Shown in pieces: positions 36,489 to 46,802 of a DNA stretch of 46,802 nucleotides; within the stretch, counting starts at the first letter, position 1, and the number at the start of each line of letters is the position of its first letter. The stretch is from Craspedostauros australis (lineage: Eukaryota), in contig JALAGF010002232.1 of assembly GCA_030167865.1 (NCBI GenBank), positions 1-46,802 on the forward strand. Direction: 5' to 3'. Made by a program: the position numbers and the translations under genes. Under the pieces are notes generated by a model. It did no database searches and was not told the origin of the DNA. It worked only from the letters and a program-made list of their open reading frames with translations.

Positions 36489-37955
36489 ATGTTTGCCAAC
36501 CAGACGCTGGCCATCCGACAGGCGGAGCAGTTCGCCATGCAGCAGAGAGCGAGGGACATCGCCCTCAAGGGCCACTCCGACATCGAGCTGCTGCGCTCAC
36601 CTCGCAACATGGCCCCCGCCAGCAGCAGCAGAGGCAAGTCGCCCAGCGGCTTCAAGGGTGGCCGCCGCAAGCTGCGAAGGAATGACCTCTTTGGCGGCAG
36701 CTCCCATTCACACTCGCTCTCCAGCAGGCAGCTGCACTCGCAGGCCAGCGACAAGGGGAGCCTAGCCAGCCCATCGCGTTCCAAGAGCGGCCAGGATACG
36801 GGAAGCGGCACTCCTACCACCACCGCAACGTCCGCATCCGCCACTCCCAGCACTGTCAAGCGCAAGCTCAAGGCATCCGTCGCGGCCTTCCAGAACCTCA
36901 TCCGCGGGCCTCCTCTGGCCGCCTCCAACCACAGCCACAATCACAATCACAAACTGGGCAACAGGCGCACCGATCACAGCAATGACAATGACGATGACTC
37001 ATCAGTGGGCAGCCAATCCTTCTTCTCTGACACACCACAACAGCAGCAGCAGCAGCAGCAACAACAACAGTTCCAATTCCCGCGCGGCCCCGGCATGCTC
37101 ATCTCCACCACAGTCCGATCGTTCATCGGTTCGTCGTCACGCTCCATCCTCAGCTCCAACGATTCCATCGCCCACACGGATGTCGATTGCGACAACCATC
37201 ATTACGTCACCAAAACAGAAAAACTGGAAGAAGAGCTGGAGCAGCAGACCCGGACGCTTGAAGAATACCGCAAACGCATCATGCATCATGTGCAGCTGGC
37301 ACATGCCCGCACCACCAATTCGACCAGCACGATAGGTAAGCGGACTCCACTATGCTCGTTCGTTGGTTCGTTCGTTGGTGCGCTTGTTCGATTGCTCATG
37401 TTTGTTGATATCAGCCTGGCGGGCGTCTCCTCGATCGGCTGCAGCTTGCTTGCTTCTATCATTGAGCCAACGAGAGTTCGAACGAAAGCAGAGAAGCAGT
37501 TCATCAATTCACCACCACTGTCGTCCTTCACAAACAATGACGGCTCACAATCTCTTCCTTCCATCACTTCCAACTGCAACCAACTCCACCGTCACCACAC
37601 GCCGCCATCATCCATCGCAGGCGTCTGCCTCAGCCTGCGCACCGTCCACCAGGTGCAACGCGAGTACCTCAACACGAAGCAGATGATCGCCGCCTTCCAG
37701 GAACTGCAATCCACCCACCACCATCTGTCCACCAGGAGCATCGATAAATCCATCCAGGAACTGCACGCAATCCAGCAGAGCAAGAGGATGAAGACGCCGA
37801 AACGCGAGCATGACGACGAATACCTCCTCAACGAGCTGCAGCGCAAACTCAAGGAACACGATGGCGACGTCCAAGCCATCTGCAACAGTTACATTCCGAC
37901 ATCCAGCAGGCCGCAGCGCAAGCACAACAAACCAAAACAGCAGCAACAGCGATAG
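36489..37955 (+). CDS. Paralog 3 of the same family, ~393 aa spliced (exons 36489-37335, 37621-37955); the intron is stop-free and in frame
   Basis: N-terminus MFANQTLAIRQAEQFAMQQRARDIALKGHSDIEL. Phase-1 intron 37336-37620 (ATAG|GTAAGC...TCGCAG|GC) gives ...LAHARTTNSTSTIG-VCLSLRTVHQVQREY..., which is colinear with the paralogs only when spliced. Confidence 0.85.
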   Translation: MFANQTLAIRQAEQFAMQQRARDIALKGHSDIELLRSPRNMAPASSSRGKSPSGFKGGRRKLRRNDLFGGSSHSHSLSSRQLHSQASDKGSLASPSRSKSGQDTGSGTPTTTATSASATPSTVKRKLKASVAAFQNLIRGPPLAASNHSHNHNHKLGNRRTDHSNDNDDDSSVGSQSFFSDTPQQQQQQQQQQQFQFPRGPGMLISTTVRSFIGSSSRSILSSNDSIAHTDVDCDNHHYVTKTEKLEEELEQQTRTLEEYRKRIMHHVQLAHARTTNSTSTIGKRTPLCSFVGSFVGALVRLLMFVDISLAGVSSIGCSLLASIIEPTRVRTKAEKQFINSPPLSSFTNNDGSQSLPSITSNCNQLHRHHTPPSSIAGVCLSLRTVHQVQREYLNTKQMIAAFQELQSTHHHLSTRSIDKSIQELHAIQQSKRMKTPKREHDDEYLLNELQRKLKEHDGDVQAICNSYIPTSSRPQRKHNKPKQQQQR

Positions 37956-38611
37956 AGAGAGAGATATCAAATTGCCTCCTCTCATGTGAACGGCGATGTG
38001 CATTCTGTCCATGCGTTGGTATCCGCCAACATGCGACGGATCGCATAGCCCTGCCACGCAGGTGGACACAGAGATGGTTAATAATTTTTTGAAATGACAG
38101 ATTTTGTGAACAGTGCGCTGCGAAAGATGCTTCGGCTTTGGACCATAGAACGAGGAGGCCGTAGAACTACCTGTTCCTCTCCAAAGCATAGCATAACACT
38201 CGATTCCACATTCTTCCTGCAATGCGTGCATGCATCCACGCACGTGTGGATAGATGAAAGAACCGCCATGCAACTAGTTCATTGAATCATCAGATCGACC
38301 AGCATGTCGTCGCAGCACTGTGTCATGGAAGACTCGTACACAGTGTCGTCTTCATTCTTCGACATCGCTGGACCACGATGTCTGCTTTCTCAGAAACAAC
38401 CTACTAGGCACCATACCACACCATGCTCGGGAGCCCACGGAGACACTTCGACCGCATGTGACGAACCCTCGAGAGAGCTGCTTGGCGACCTACCACCACG
38501 CAGATAAAATGGATGCGATAGGCACGTCCTCGGTCTGATACGCCGACATGCCATCTGCGGAACGCAACCTCGATTGGAGCTCATGTCGCCTTGCATACAA
38601 CACAGACAAGT

Positions 38612-38720
38612 GTACATACAGACAAGAACACCGTCAGACAGACATACTACACATACATGCATACAGACAGACATACATACAGGCAGACATACATACAGAT
38701 TTTGTGGCAGACACACAGAC
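38612..38720. repeat. Degenerate (CATA/CAGA)n tetramer repeat
   Basis: ...catacagacagacatacatacaggcagacatacatacaga... Confidence 0.75.
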
Positions 38721-39016
38721 CCAGAGGGCGACGACTGCAGTTGGTCGGCTTTGTCGAATGAAGCATAAGCACGGAGCATCACTCGTCGTGGCGCATCCTC
38801 CTGTTGACTCTTCGACTCCGCGATTAACCTTGATGTAGAAGAGTGCCCCAAAGCAGCTCTGTTGCAGAATCACAGCTACTCCTGCGCAGCAAGATGCGCT
38901 TGATTCTGATGTCATGCGGTACAGCATAACCAACCCCGCTTTTGCTCAGATCAACCCATTGTGACTGCTTCACATGGCATCCCACACATGCTTGGCTATC
39001 CTCACCTCCATCGCTT

Positions 39017-39069
39017 TGCGTCACCCAGCGTCACCCCTGCGTCACCCCTGCGTCATCCTGCGTCATCCC
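39017..39069. repeat. Five-copy minisatellite with core GCGTCA (= TGACGC on the minus strand)
   Basis: GCGTCA starts at 39018, 39028, 39039, 39050 and 39060. Confidence 0.9.
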
Positions 39070-42000
39070 AATATTTTCGCCCCTTCGCACCTTCTCAGTC
39101 AGGTTCGTTTCGCCCAATTCACAGAACTCACCTCACCTCAAAAACATGTGGTGCCCGTCAGCCGAACCAACGGTATCTCTTCTTCACGCCAAACCTCCGT
39201 CTTTCCACTAGACCCCGCCCAAAAGGTTCAAGCAAGCGAAGCCTGAACAGGAACCGCGATGCAAGTGTGACCAGTCGACGTCAATTCCCGACACTCATGG
39301 CCAATGACGATGGACGACGGTGGCGGTCGATGACCATTACTCGTGGAACACGTCGATCTTCTTCATCTTTGCGATGCCATGCGTTTTCATCATGCGAGTA
39401 CAATATATTTCACGTCCACCGCTATGGTAGAGTAATGCGCTGTCCCCAACTGTGACATAGTACTCCATAGTTACATCATTGGGAAATGACGACGTCGACC
39501 AGAACAAGAAGGGACACCTGGAATCTCCATGGATATCATCGCTGGTCGGTTGACAGACCAGTCCGGCCATGCTGCATATCATCCGCTCCCGCATTCTACC
39601 CAGTCATGCCACGCTCAAAAGCAACGGCATCGATTCGACGTCACCAAGCAGGAATGCACGGGAGGCTATTCATGTTCGCCGTCTCCAGAACCAATGTGTT
39701 GCGAAAAGCCAGACGTCAACTTCGAATAACGCACCACATAGCATCGCATCGTGTCGCTTCTCACCACATACCGGGACGATTGGTGTCGAATCGTGAACCC
39801 AAATGTTGTGCAGTGTGTTGCAACCTCCGCCTGCCACGAGGATGGGATCGACTTCACAATTGGCGCCTTTTGAGGGGCAAGTCTGCCGAAGAAACCCATT
39901 AGTGATAATTATTGACGTCGCCACCATCCTCGCGATCCCAGGAAAACTTTGCACCATGATGGCGTGTTGCATTCGCCATCACAATCGGAAACATTGTGGT
40001 TCTGGATCAAACCGCGAGTAATACAGCACAATCGTCATCACCCACACAGCCACGTTCGGTGTCGTCACCTCGCATCAATTATGCGCACCCTTGCCTTTTT
40101 GGACCCCTGCAGTGTGTTGTGGTGGGACGAGGGGCGGATCGAAGTCCAGCAGCACCAAGAAGGGAGACATATGTGTACTGATACGAGCTGTTGGTGCACC
40201 GCTCGGAGTTCTGGACTGCTACGATCGCAGTCGTCCTTCTTTGGAGTGCTATTTCCCTCTGGGCGAATTTCACACGCACCGTTTTTATTGTGGGCGTTGC
40301 CCTATTTGCGAAGTATTGCTCTGTCCCAAGATGCAAAATCGACAAGAAGTCGAAAGGAGAAAAAATATACTTGGAACAGCAGAACTGCAAGGCGAAGGAT
40401 AAATGGACGGTTTCATACGGGAGCCTCTTGTTCTCAATAGCGTCCACCCCGCTGGATTGCTTTGCATCTCTCTATGTACGCGTCGAATAAGCGAACCAAG
40501 GATCGGGAAAAAGGTGTAAATTGGATCTTTCTGGCCGAGTGACGAATACAAATCGAACCCAGCCTGTCAAAGAGACAGACCAAAGAACAAGCCCAAGACG
40601 ACAAGACGCGTCGTTGACGACGGAATGAGAATGCATCGACTCTGTGTCCACTCTGTTCCAATGCACAATGGACCTCATGCGATCCAGTATCAAAACCAAG
40701 TGTCATTGATCGTATGATGATCGCGGCGATCGCGGTCGCTGACGCCGACATGCGAACGTGATCCATGCTACCGAACGTTCCCGTTCTCGTCCATCCAATC
40801 GTTTTCCCTTTCAGATTTATGTGGTGCAAAAACGCATCACTTAATCAGGATTTTGTATGGAACGTCGAAGAGAGCAGAACAGAGGAAACGTTCTCATCCT
40901 TGGGCGACGATTGCATTGGGTCCTTCTGAGCTGGGGCTGGACATTACACAGCTACCAGCGACAGTCCCCTTTGTGTGAACCACCCACCCTGACGATGATC
41001 ATGACGATGATAATGGTGAATGCAATCGATAGTGTTCAAGTATCCTTGGCTCGTATCCGAAGGCGGCCCTGTTGGCAACGGCTCTCGTTGCCGTTGAAAG
41101 AGCCCGAGGCACTCTTGAAAGAAAGCAGTGCATGCAGCTACACCGCCCACTATCTGCAGGGATAGTGCTGCTCTATAGTACTATGGTCTGGCTCACGGTG
41201 GATAGTACGAGTATTTGGACGATGAGTGGTTGTGTCCACATACCTGGAAAGTTCCTTTTCGCATGCGCGGCAACTCCGCCCCGTATTCTTCAAGCAATCG
41301 ATGGGCCCAACCAGACAGCGAAGAACCTACCAAATGAAACGAAGAATGGTGATGCCTCTTCGTTTTGCAGCGTATTGTGTTGTCGTGTTTCGATTCTCTC
41401 CAATTCAATCGCTTCGACTTTCCATGCCCATATGTTGATTGTGCCTTGTTATGTTCCTTCTGTGGTGTGAACCATTGTTGTTGTGTTTGTCACACGTTCT
41501 CATGTTCGCTTCGTTTCCTTCGCAAGGTTTGATCTTGATTTGCGGAACCATCGTTGACACTACCGGCGTTCGAAAACCGACATGCGCGGGGTTATTTTTC
41601 CACAAAAACTCGCCACGCTTCTGCGAAACAGGCATCAGTCACATCACCTCCAGAGATTCCAGTTCCAATCCTTTGCGCTTGTTCATCGCGGAGGATGTTG
41701 TTCGATTCATATCTGTTTGTGTTCATTGCTGGCGCTTCGTGCGTTTGAGCCGCCTGTCCAAATACTGCGTGGTCACAGAGTCCATTCGGCGCTCCCGCCC
41801 AAGGCTCCGACACACCAACGCGACGATTAATCCATGGGACCACATCACGCGAAGAGGACAGAGCAGGAGGGGGGACAGAGATCAACGACGACCAACAACG
41901 CGCTGGTTGGTTTCTCTTTGTAACTGGTCCCAGAAAGGCAGCAATCACGTAGAGTGGAGTAAACTCTTTTCGATAACTTCAGACGTCTTCGTCCAAACCT

Positions 42001-42464
42001 CCACACCTCCAACGCACCAAAGCAGAACAAAAGCACGTCGAGTCTCCAATACCTGGTTTTGCGCTGATGGCCGAGGGCGTTGTTTCATTCCATCCCATCC
42101 GAGCACGTCTGACAGCGCATGGTGGGTCGATGCAACGACTCGTATGTTCTTGGCACAACTCCCCACCCTGGTGCTGCCGCTCCAGCAACCACATCGACAG
42201 CGAGTGAAACGAGAACAGCAACATGCCGCAGAAAACGACAAGAAAAGAAACCTAAAAACAACGACAAATGTGACAAGAGAGGCGACAACAAAGAGCAGTC
42301 AAAGCACGACGACTCTTTTTCTGGTACCGCACCACACATCCGAGCGCGTCACGATCAATTCCTCAATCAGCACACGAAGTTTGCTCGCCGTGGCCTGAAC
42401 CGGGTTCTTCGGTCCGCACCGCAGGCTCCTCAGTTCTTTTCTCATAAAAGAATCAATCAAACTG

Positions 42465-44253
42465 ATGACAATCCAAATCTCCTCCATCAACATGAATGTC
42501 AAAGCACAACTTTCAGCAACAGCAGATGGCAACGCCATGCCATCAAAGACAGCAAAACTTCCTGAGCCCATGGCTATCCCGAAGCTACACGAAGCACTTG
42601 ACCGCTGCGCTGTCGACTTTGACGAGATCAACTACCCGTTCCCGTACGTCTTGCACAAGATGCTCAGCGAAGTGGAACGGGTCGGTCTGGGACACATCGT
42701 GTCATGGCAACCAAGCGGCAAGTCCTTTCGAGTCCACCAACCTCGCGTCTTCACCGACAACGTGATGAGTAGATTCTTCCGGGCTCAGACCAAATTCAAG
42801 TCATTCCAACGGCAGCTGCACATGTACAAGTTCCGCAGGATCTTGGAAGGCTCCGACAAGGGTGCATGTAAGTCCCTGTGTGCGCATGTGTATTGGTATG
42901 TTCGCAGACTTCCGGCTTGTCAGACAATCACGCAAACGACCACGCAAACAAAAAACGACAAAAAAGCAGATGGAGACTTGTCAACGTCGGCGTGGAGATG
43001 GATAAGGCAAGGAAGCCATCCCCGTCATATGGATGAAATGCAGCAACCGATTTACGTCTAGGTCAGTCGTAGATTGTCCATCGCTTTCGCCAACCTTCAC
43101 CCATCCCAATCATCCACATGGTCCTCTCACAACTTCGCATGCCAACACGTCAACATCTTAACATCTCGCTGTGTGCTTCCGCCTATCAATTCCATTCCAT
43201 CCCGGTACCCGCATCAACTCACCTCATGTCGCCAATTCTATGCTTTGGGCTATCATAGACATGCACATACTGTTCGTGCGAGCGACACCGAAGGCGTGTT
43301 TGCAGATGAAGCGGCTGCCCAAGCCCAAAGCCAAGTCAAAGTCAAAACTGAAGGCATTGACGGCAACTGCGGAGGCGATGAGCACGATCTCTTCTCCGCA
43401 ACAGTTCATCGACAAGGAAAGCAAGAGTGGCGCATGGCCGTCAACGTCGACGTCGTCATCGTTGTCACTCTCATCGCATGCGCACGGCAGCAATCAGACA
43501 TCAATCCTTGATGTTATGGCGAGGTTCCAATTCCCCTCGGCGCCTTTCGTTTCTCCCATGGCTCATCACAAGTCTGCAGGAGGGTACCAAGAGAGTGTCT
43601 CTTCGCCGAGGACACCCGTCGGCTCCCCAGCTGTTGAAGATGCCTCAATGTCGCAAGGCATCCGAACCCGCGATAGTATTGGCCCATCGCCGACCACTAA
43701 CCTGAACGAACTGATCCTTTCCATAGACCCAAGCACTTTGCTGCGAGGATTTAATACTCCTTTTCCACAGAAGATCAGCGTCACCTCAGAGACGCAATCG
43801 GCATCGGCATTGACATCGAAGAGTCATACCACTGCATGTGTGGCTGCACCGCCGGTTGCGACTGGCACCTCGGATGAAGCTCGTGATGCGGCAACAAGCG
43901 CCACCAGCTTCAGTAGTGCCAACCCGTGCGTCACAGGTATTCACTCTGACCACCCATGCGCACCTGACGTCGACGACAAGATCGATTTCTCTGGAGCAAT
44001 CCCGCTGACGCACGGAGTTTGCAACGGAAGCCCCGCTCTTGGTGAAGAATCAAGGACGGGTATCTCCAGACACGTCACACCCTGCCGGGGGCAGAGGGAG
44101 CACACGGACCCATTCGTCGACCAGTTGGGAGGGTCAAGAGACTTGAGTGACCCATTCATCAACCAGCTTGACGCATACGTCAAGGCAGTCACGAGGGAAA
44201 GTTTTGATGGAAATTTGTACTTCTTCGCTGGGAAGCCGTTCTTCCCTGTGTAA
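42465..44253 (+). CDS. Heat shock transcription factor (HSF DNA-binding domain), ~465 aa, exons 42465-42867 and 43259-44253
   Basis: FPYVLHKML...IVSWQPSGKSFRVH....F...VMSRFF..QTKFKSFQRQLHMYKFRRI..G.DKGA. Intron 42868-43258 (T|GTAAGT...CATAG|AC) completes the domain as GA-YMHILFVRATPKACLQMKR. Confidence 0.93.
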
Positions 44254-46637
44254 CTAGACGTTCGTGTCACGATGGATACTGCAACAGAGAAGACAGGCAC
44301 CAGCGAACCTATCTGGAGATCGGTCTTCTCCAACTACGTACTCAGACCGATCGTCGATGCTCAGGACTGCACGATCCACTCAGTATACGATCAAATGCAT
44401 AATACTATGTAGACATCAAACCAAGCGCACGAAAGAGGCGCATCGAATACCCGCACAGGTTGCACTTCATAATAATGCAATGTCTGTACCTAGAGAAGCA
44501 ACACAAGAGACAAGCTGGACAATGGAAATGTTCGTCGCAATAATTTCTTGATTGCGGGCCATGTATGTTCCCATCCATACAAAAGTGGACATCATTTGCA
44601 CAGTGCACTAGTCAGGTGGTGAATTTCGGTTGAGTTCACGACCAGAGATGCGCAACTGCTTGTACTTGTTCAGCGACTCCCAACACGAGGGACTCACAGT
44701 TTCGGGAAATGAAGCCGGGCGTTCGAATCATGGCCGCGAAACGGTGACAGAAGGGTGGCGCGTCGTCAGGAGGCGCGAGCTTATCCCACAACGTCCATTC
44801 CAATGATAAAAATGCTCATCAGTTGACCCCCAGTCCACCCCCGCTTCGACCAGGCTTGCTCGTTTGATGACAATACGCCGGTGGGTTCCCTCAGAGTCGT
44901 TGCAGAGTACGAGCTATCACTTTTCTGGAAGTACCATCCTCGTATTTCGAGTTTGAACAGCGCGCTGTTGTCAGCAGAAAACGATTGCCGCGAAAGCGAT
45001 GAAACGACCTGGGTGTCGAAATGTCCCAGTGTCGGCACCTGAGCCGATGGATGTGGGGTGTGCCGTTGTTCGAAACGAGAAATTGGAACTTTCGCACTCG
45101 TGCTGTACATAACCTGGCGGCCGCCGAGTATTGACAGGCGTACAGTGCACGCAATACCAGTTGACTCCCGAGAGCCACCTAACTCGACGGCTCTACTCCG
45201 CCAACCCTTCTCCACATGCCGATGCAAGCAGCAAAGGCGGTTGCGGTTGGCGTACCCGCGCATTCGAACACTGTTGCTCTATTGCCAATCGTGCCCTGCC
45301 TGTTCATTCCGTCGTACGTCGATTTGTGCTGCGGCAGCGACTGAAGCATCAAACGCCTATCGATAGTTCAGTACTCAACTCATACTTCTACACATCATGG
45401 ATGGAAAAGAAGATGGTCTACTTCTGCACGACAAACACTCCGACAAGTACAACGTTCGAGCAAGCAGTTGGTGATGTTGGAAGGCGCTGTTGTAGTTGTG
45501 TGTTATATTATACAAAGCAATATAGATCTCCGCTGCGTTTCGCTCCAAAGAAGCCCATTGGCAGTAAAACGTGCGAGTACTCATTGATACAAGAAAGGTC
45601 TTCCGACGCTTCAACGGCCTGTGGTGGTGCAGGCAGGAAAATCACGCGGGAGCAGCTCGAGCGGAGCGATAGAAGTTGGACCGCTTCAATCAGATTGCGT
45701 CGCTCGTTTTCCAAGCACCGCGATATTGCACAACCCTCACCGGCTCCCCCAAGGCCGGGCAACTGCGCATCCCCAGCAAGTTGAAAATGGAGTACTCGCG
45801 GACAAGCGACCCAGAGTGAATGACGATAGAGCAAAAGCAATCGATCTCATTGAAGGAGCCTGGCCCGACGGACAACGATGTCGTCACCTGCGGAAAAGTG
45901 CGGCTCATGCACAACCTCACGCTGATGTCATCTACACAAACATTAACGCCGATCAAGTCGGCAAGACAGTGGTTTCAGCAAAGTTCGACTTGCGCAGGTC
46001 AAATCGTGTCAGTCAAGAGGATGTAGAGCTGAGACTGCAAGGGAAGACAGCGAATCTACGATTCTGCTGGATAGAGAATTGACAGCGACAGTGCACACCA
46101 AGCAAACGCTGAGTATCGGCCATGTATCTGTATGAGAAACCTCGTTGAATTGCGGTTATTGAAAACTCCGAAGCGGTGTGAGATCATAGATCTACTTTCA
46201 GTTGAAACGATGTGCTGAAAATGGCGCGGTATTGTGTGATTGCTGTGCATTTCCAACAGTCAACCTCGCTCCAGCCCTCTGCGCAACTTGGATCCTATGG
46301 AGCTTGTTGCGGTCCACGCACTGCATCCGCTATGTGAGTTTGTAATGGTAGATCCACCTGGCGCGGAGTTAGGATTCGCAGTTTGATGGCCCGTACTGAT
46401 TGTCGTTCTTGCTCGAATCATTGCCGTCTTGTGTTGCACTCATTGGTGTGCGATGCACTTGAGTGAAGGTTGAAGTTTGCAGAGGGATGGTGGGCGAGCG
46501 TGGTGGAAAGAGACGTGGATGTGAGGCAAATGGGCTAACTCGCTGCGTCATCGCATTGGCAACGAAAGGCACTGCTGGCAAGCGTAAGAACTCACCTCAT
46601 TGCGTCCTTCTCAATTGCGTGCTGGACTTGTCGATGG

Positions 46638-46664
46638 ATGCATGATGTACGATACATCATGCAT
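46638..46664. repeat. Perfect 12-bp inverted repeat with a 3-nt loop
   Basis: ATGCATGATGTA-CGA-TACATCATGCAT. Confidence 0.9.
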
Positions 46665-46680
46665 TGTCGTTGTCGTTAAT

Positions 46681-46733
46681 GCTGCTGTTGTTGTTGCTGT
46701 TGTTGTTGTTGTTGTTGCTGTTGTTGTTGTTGC

Positions 46734-46802
<69 letters not shown>
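46681..46802. repeat. (GTT)n microsatellite with GCT interruptions, running off the window end
   Basis: About 40 GTT/GCT triplets. Confidence 0.98.

Noticed and set aside
36441-37955. 504-aa single-exon ORF as the main product
   Set aside because: It starts at TTG and reads through an intron. Colinearity with the two paralogs requires ATG 36489 and removal of 37336-37620.
39017-39069. Short repeat arrays here and at 581-846 as CRISPR-like arrays
   Set aside because: Units are 10-11 bp with no unique spacers, there are no cas genes, and the context is eukaryotic.
40191-40490. 99-aa hydrophobic ORF as a membrane protein
   Set aside because: No ATG start, no supporting splice structure identified, and no recognisable family.
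41439-42398. 319-aa ORF upstream of the HSF gene
   Set aside because: Non-ATG start and no domain; its 3' half is the C/A-rich leader region of the HSF gene.
45820-46082. PTDNDVVTCGK resembles the start of a DUF6824 domain (possible pseudogene)
   Set aside because: The downstream H.GN, GGRF and EKVS motifs are not found in the available frames; the match is too short.
46681-46802. (GTT)n at the window end as a telomere
   Set aside because: It is not a TTAGGG-type repeat, and CAA/GTT microsatellites occur internally throughout the window.

Overview
Eukaryotic, intron-containing DNA that looks like a diatom or related stramenopile. The inference rests on GT-AG introns, a bipartite plastid-type presequence, DUF6824, stand-alone helicase-associated (HA) domains and a diatom-type HSF. 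Gene density is low (about 9-11 genes in 47 kb). Recognisable genes: a tandem-DUF179 (YqgE/AlgH) protein with a probable plastid presequence, a small secreted orphan, a 2xHA-domain protein, a two-bZIP transcription factor, a DUF6824 protein and a heat-shock factor. The most interesting signal is hidden in the ORF track because introns split it. Three clustered paralogs (25648-27093 +, 31246-32662 -, 36489-37955 +) share a conserved ~37-aa N-terminal helix, a long Ser-rich linker and a phase-1 intron at the same position. Their spliced C-terminal helical domain resembles a shortened, divergent ESCRT-III (Snf7/CHMP4-like) core. In one paralog the intron is an open 95-codon insert with a hydrophobic stretch. 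Other signals are a helically phased array of five TGACGC (CRE/CCRE-like) sites, long uORFs and a CRE palindrome upstream of the bZIP gene, and a 12-bp hairpin followed by a (GTT)n tract at the window end. All family calls are by eye; no searches were run.
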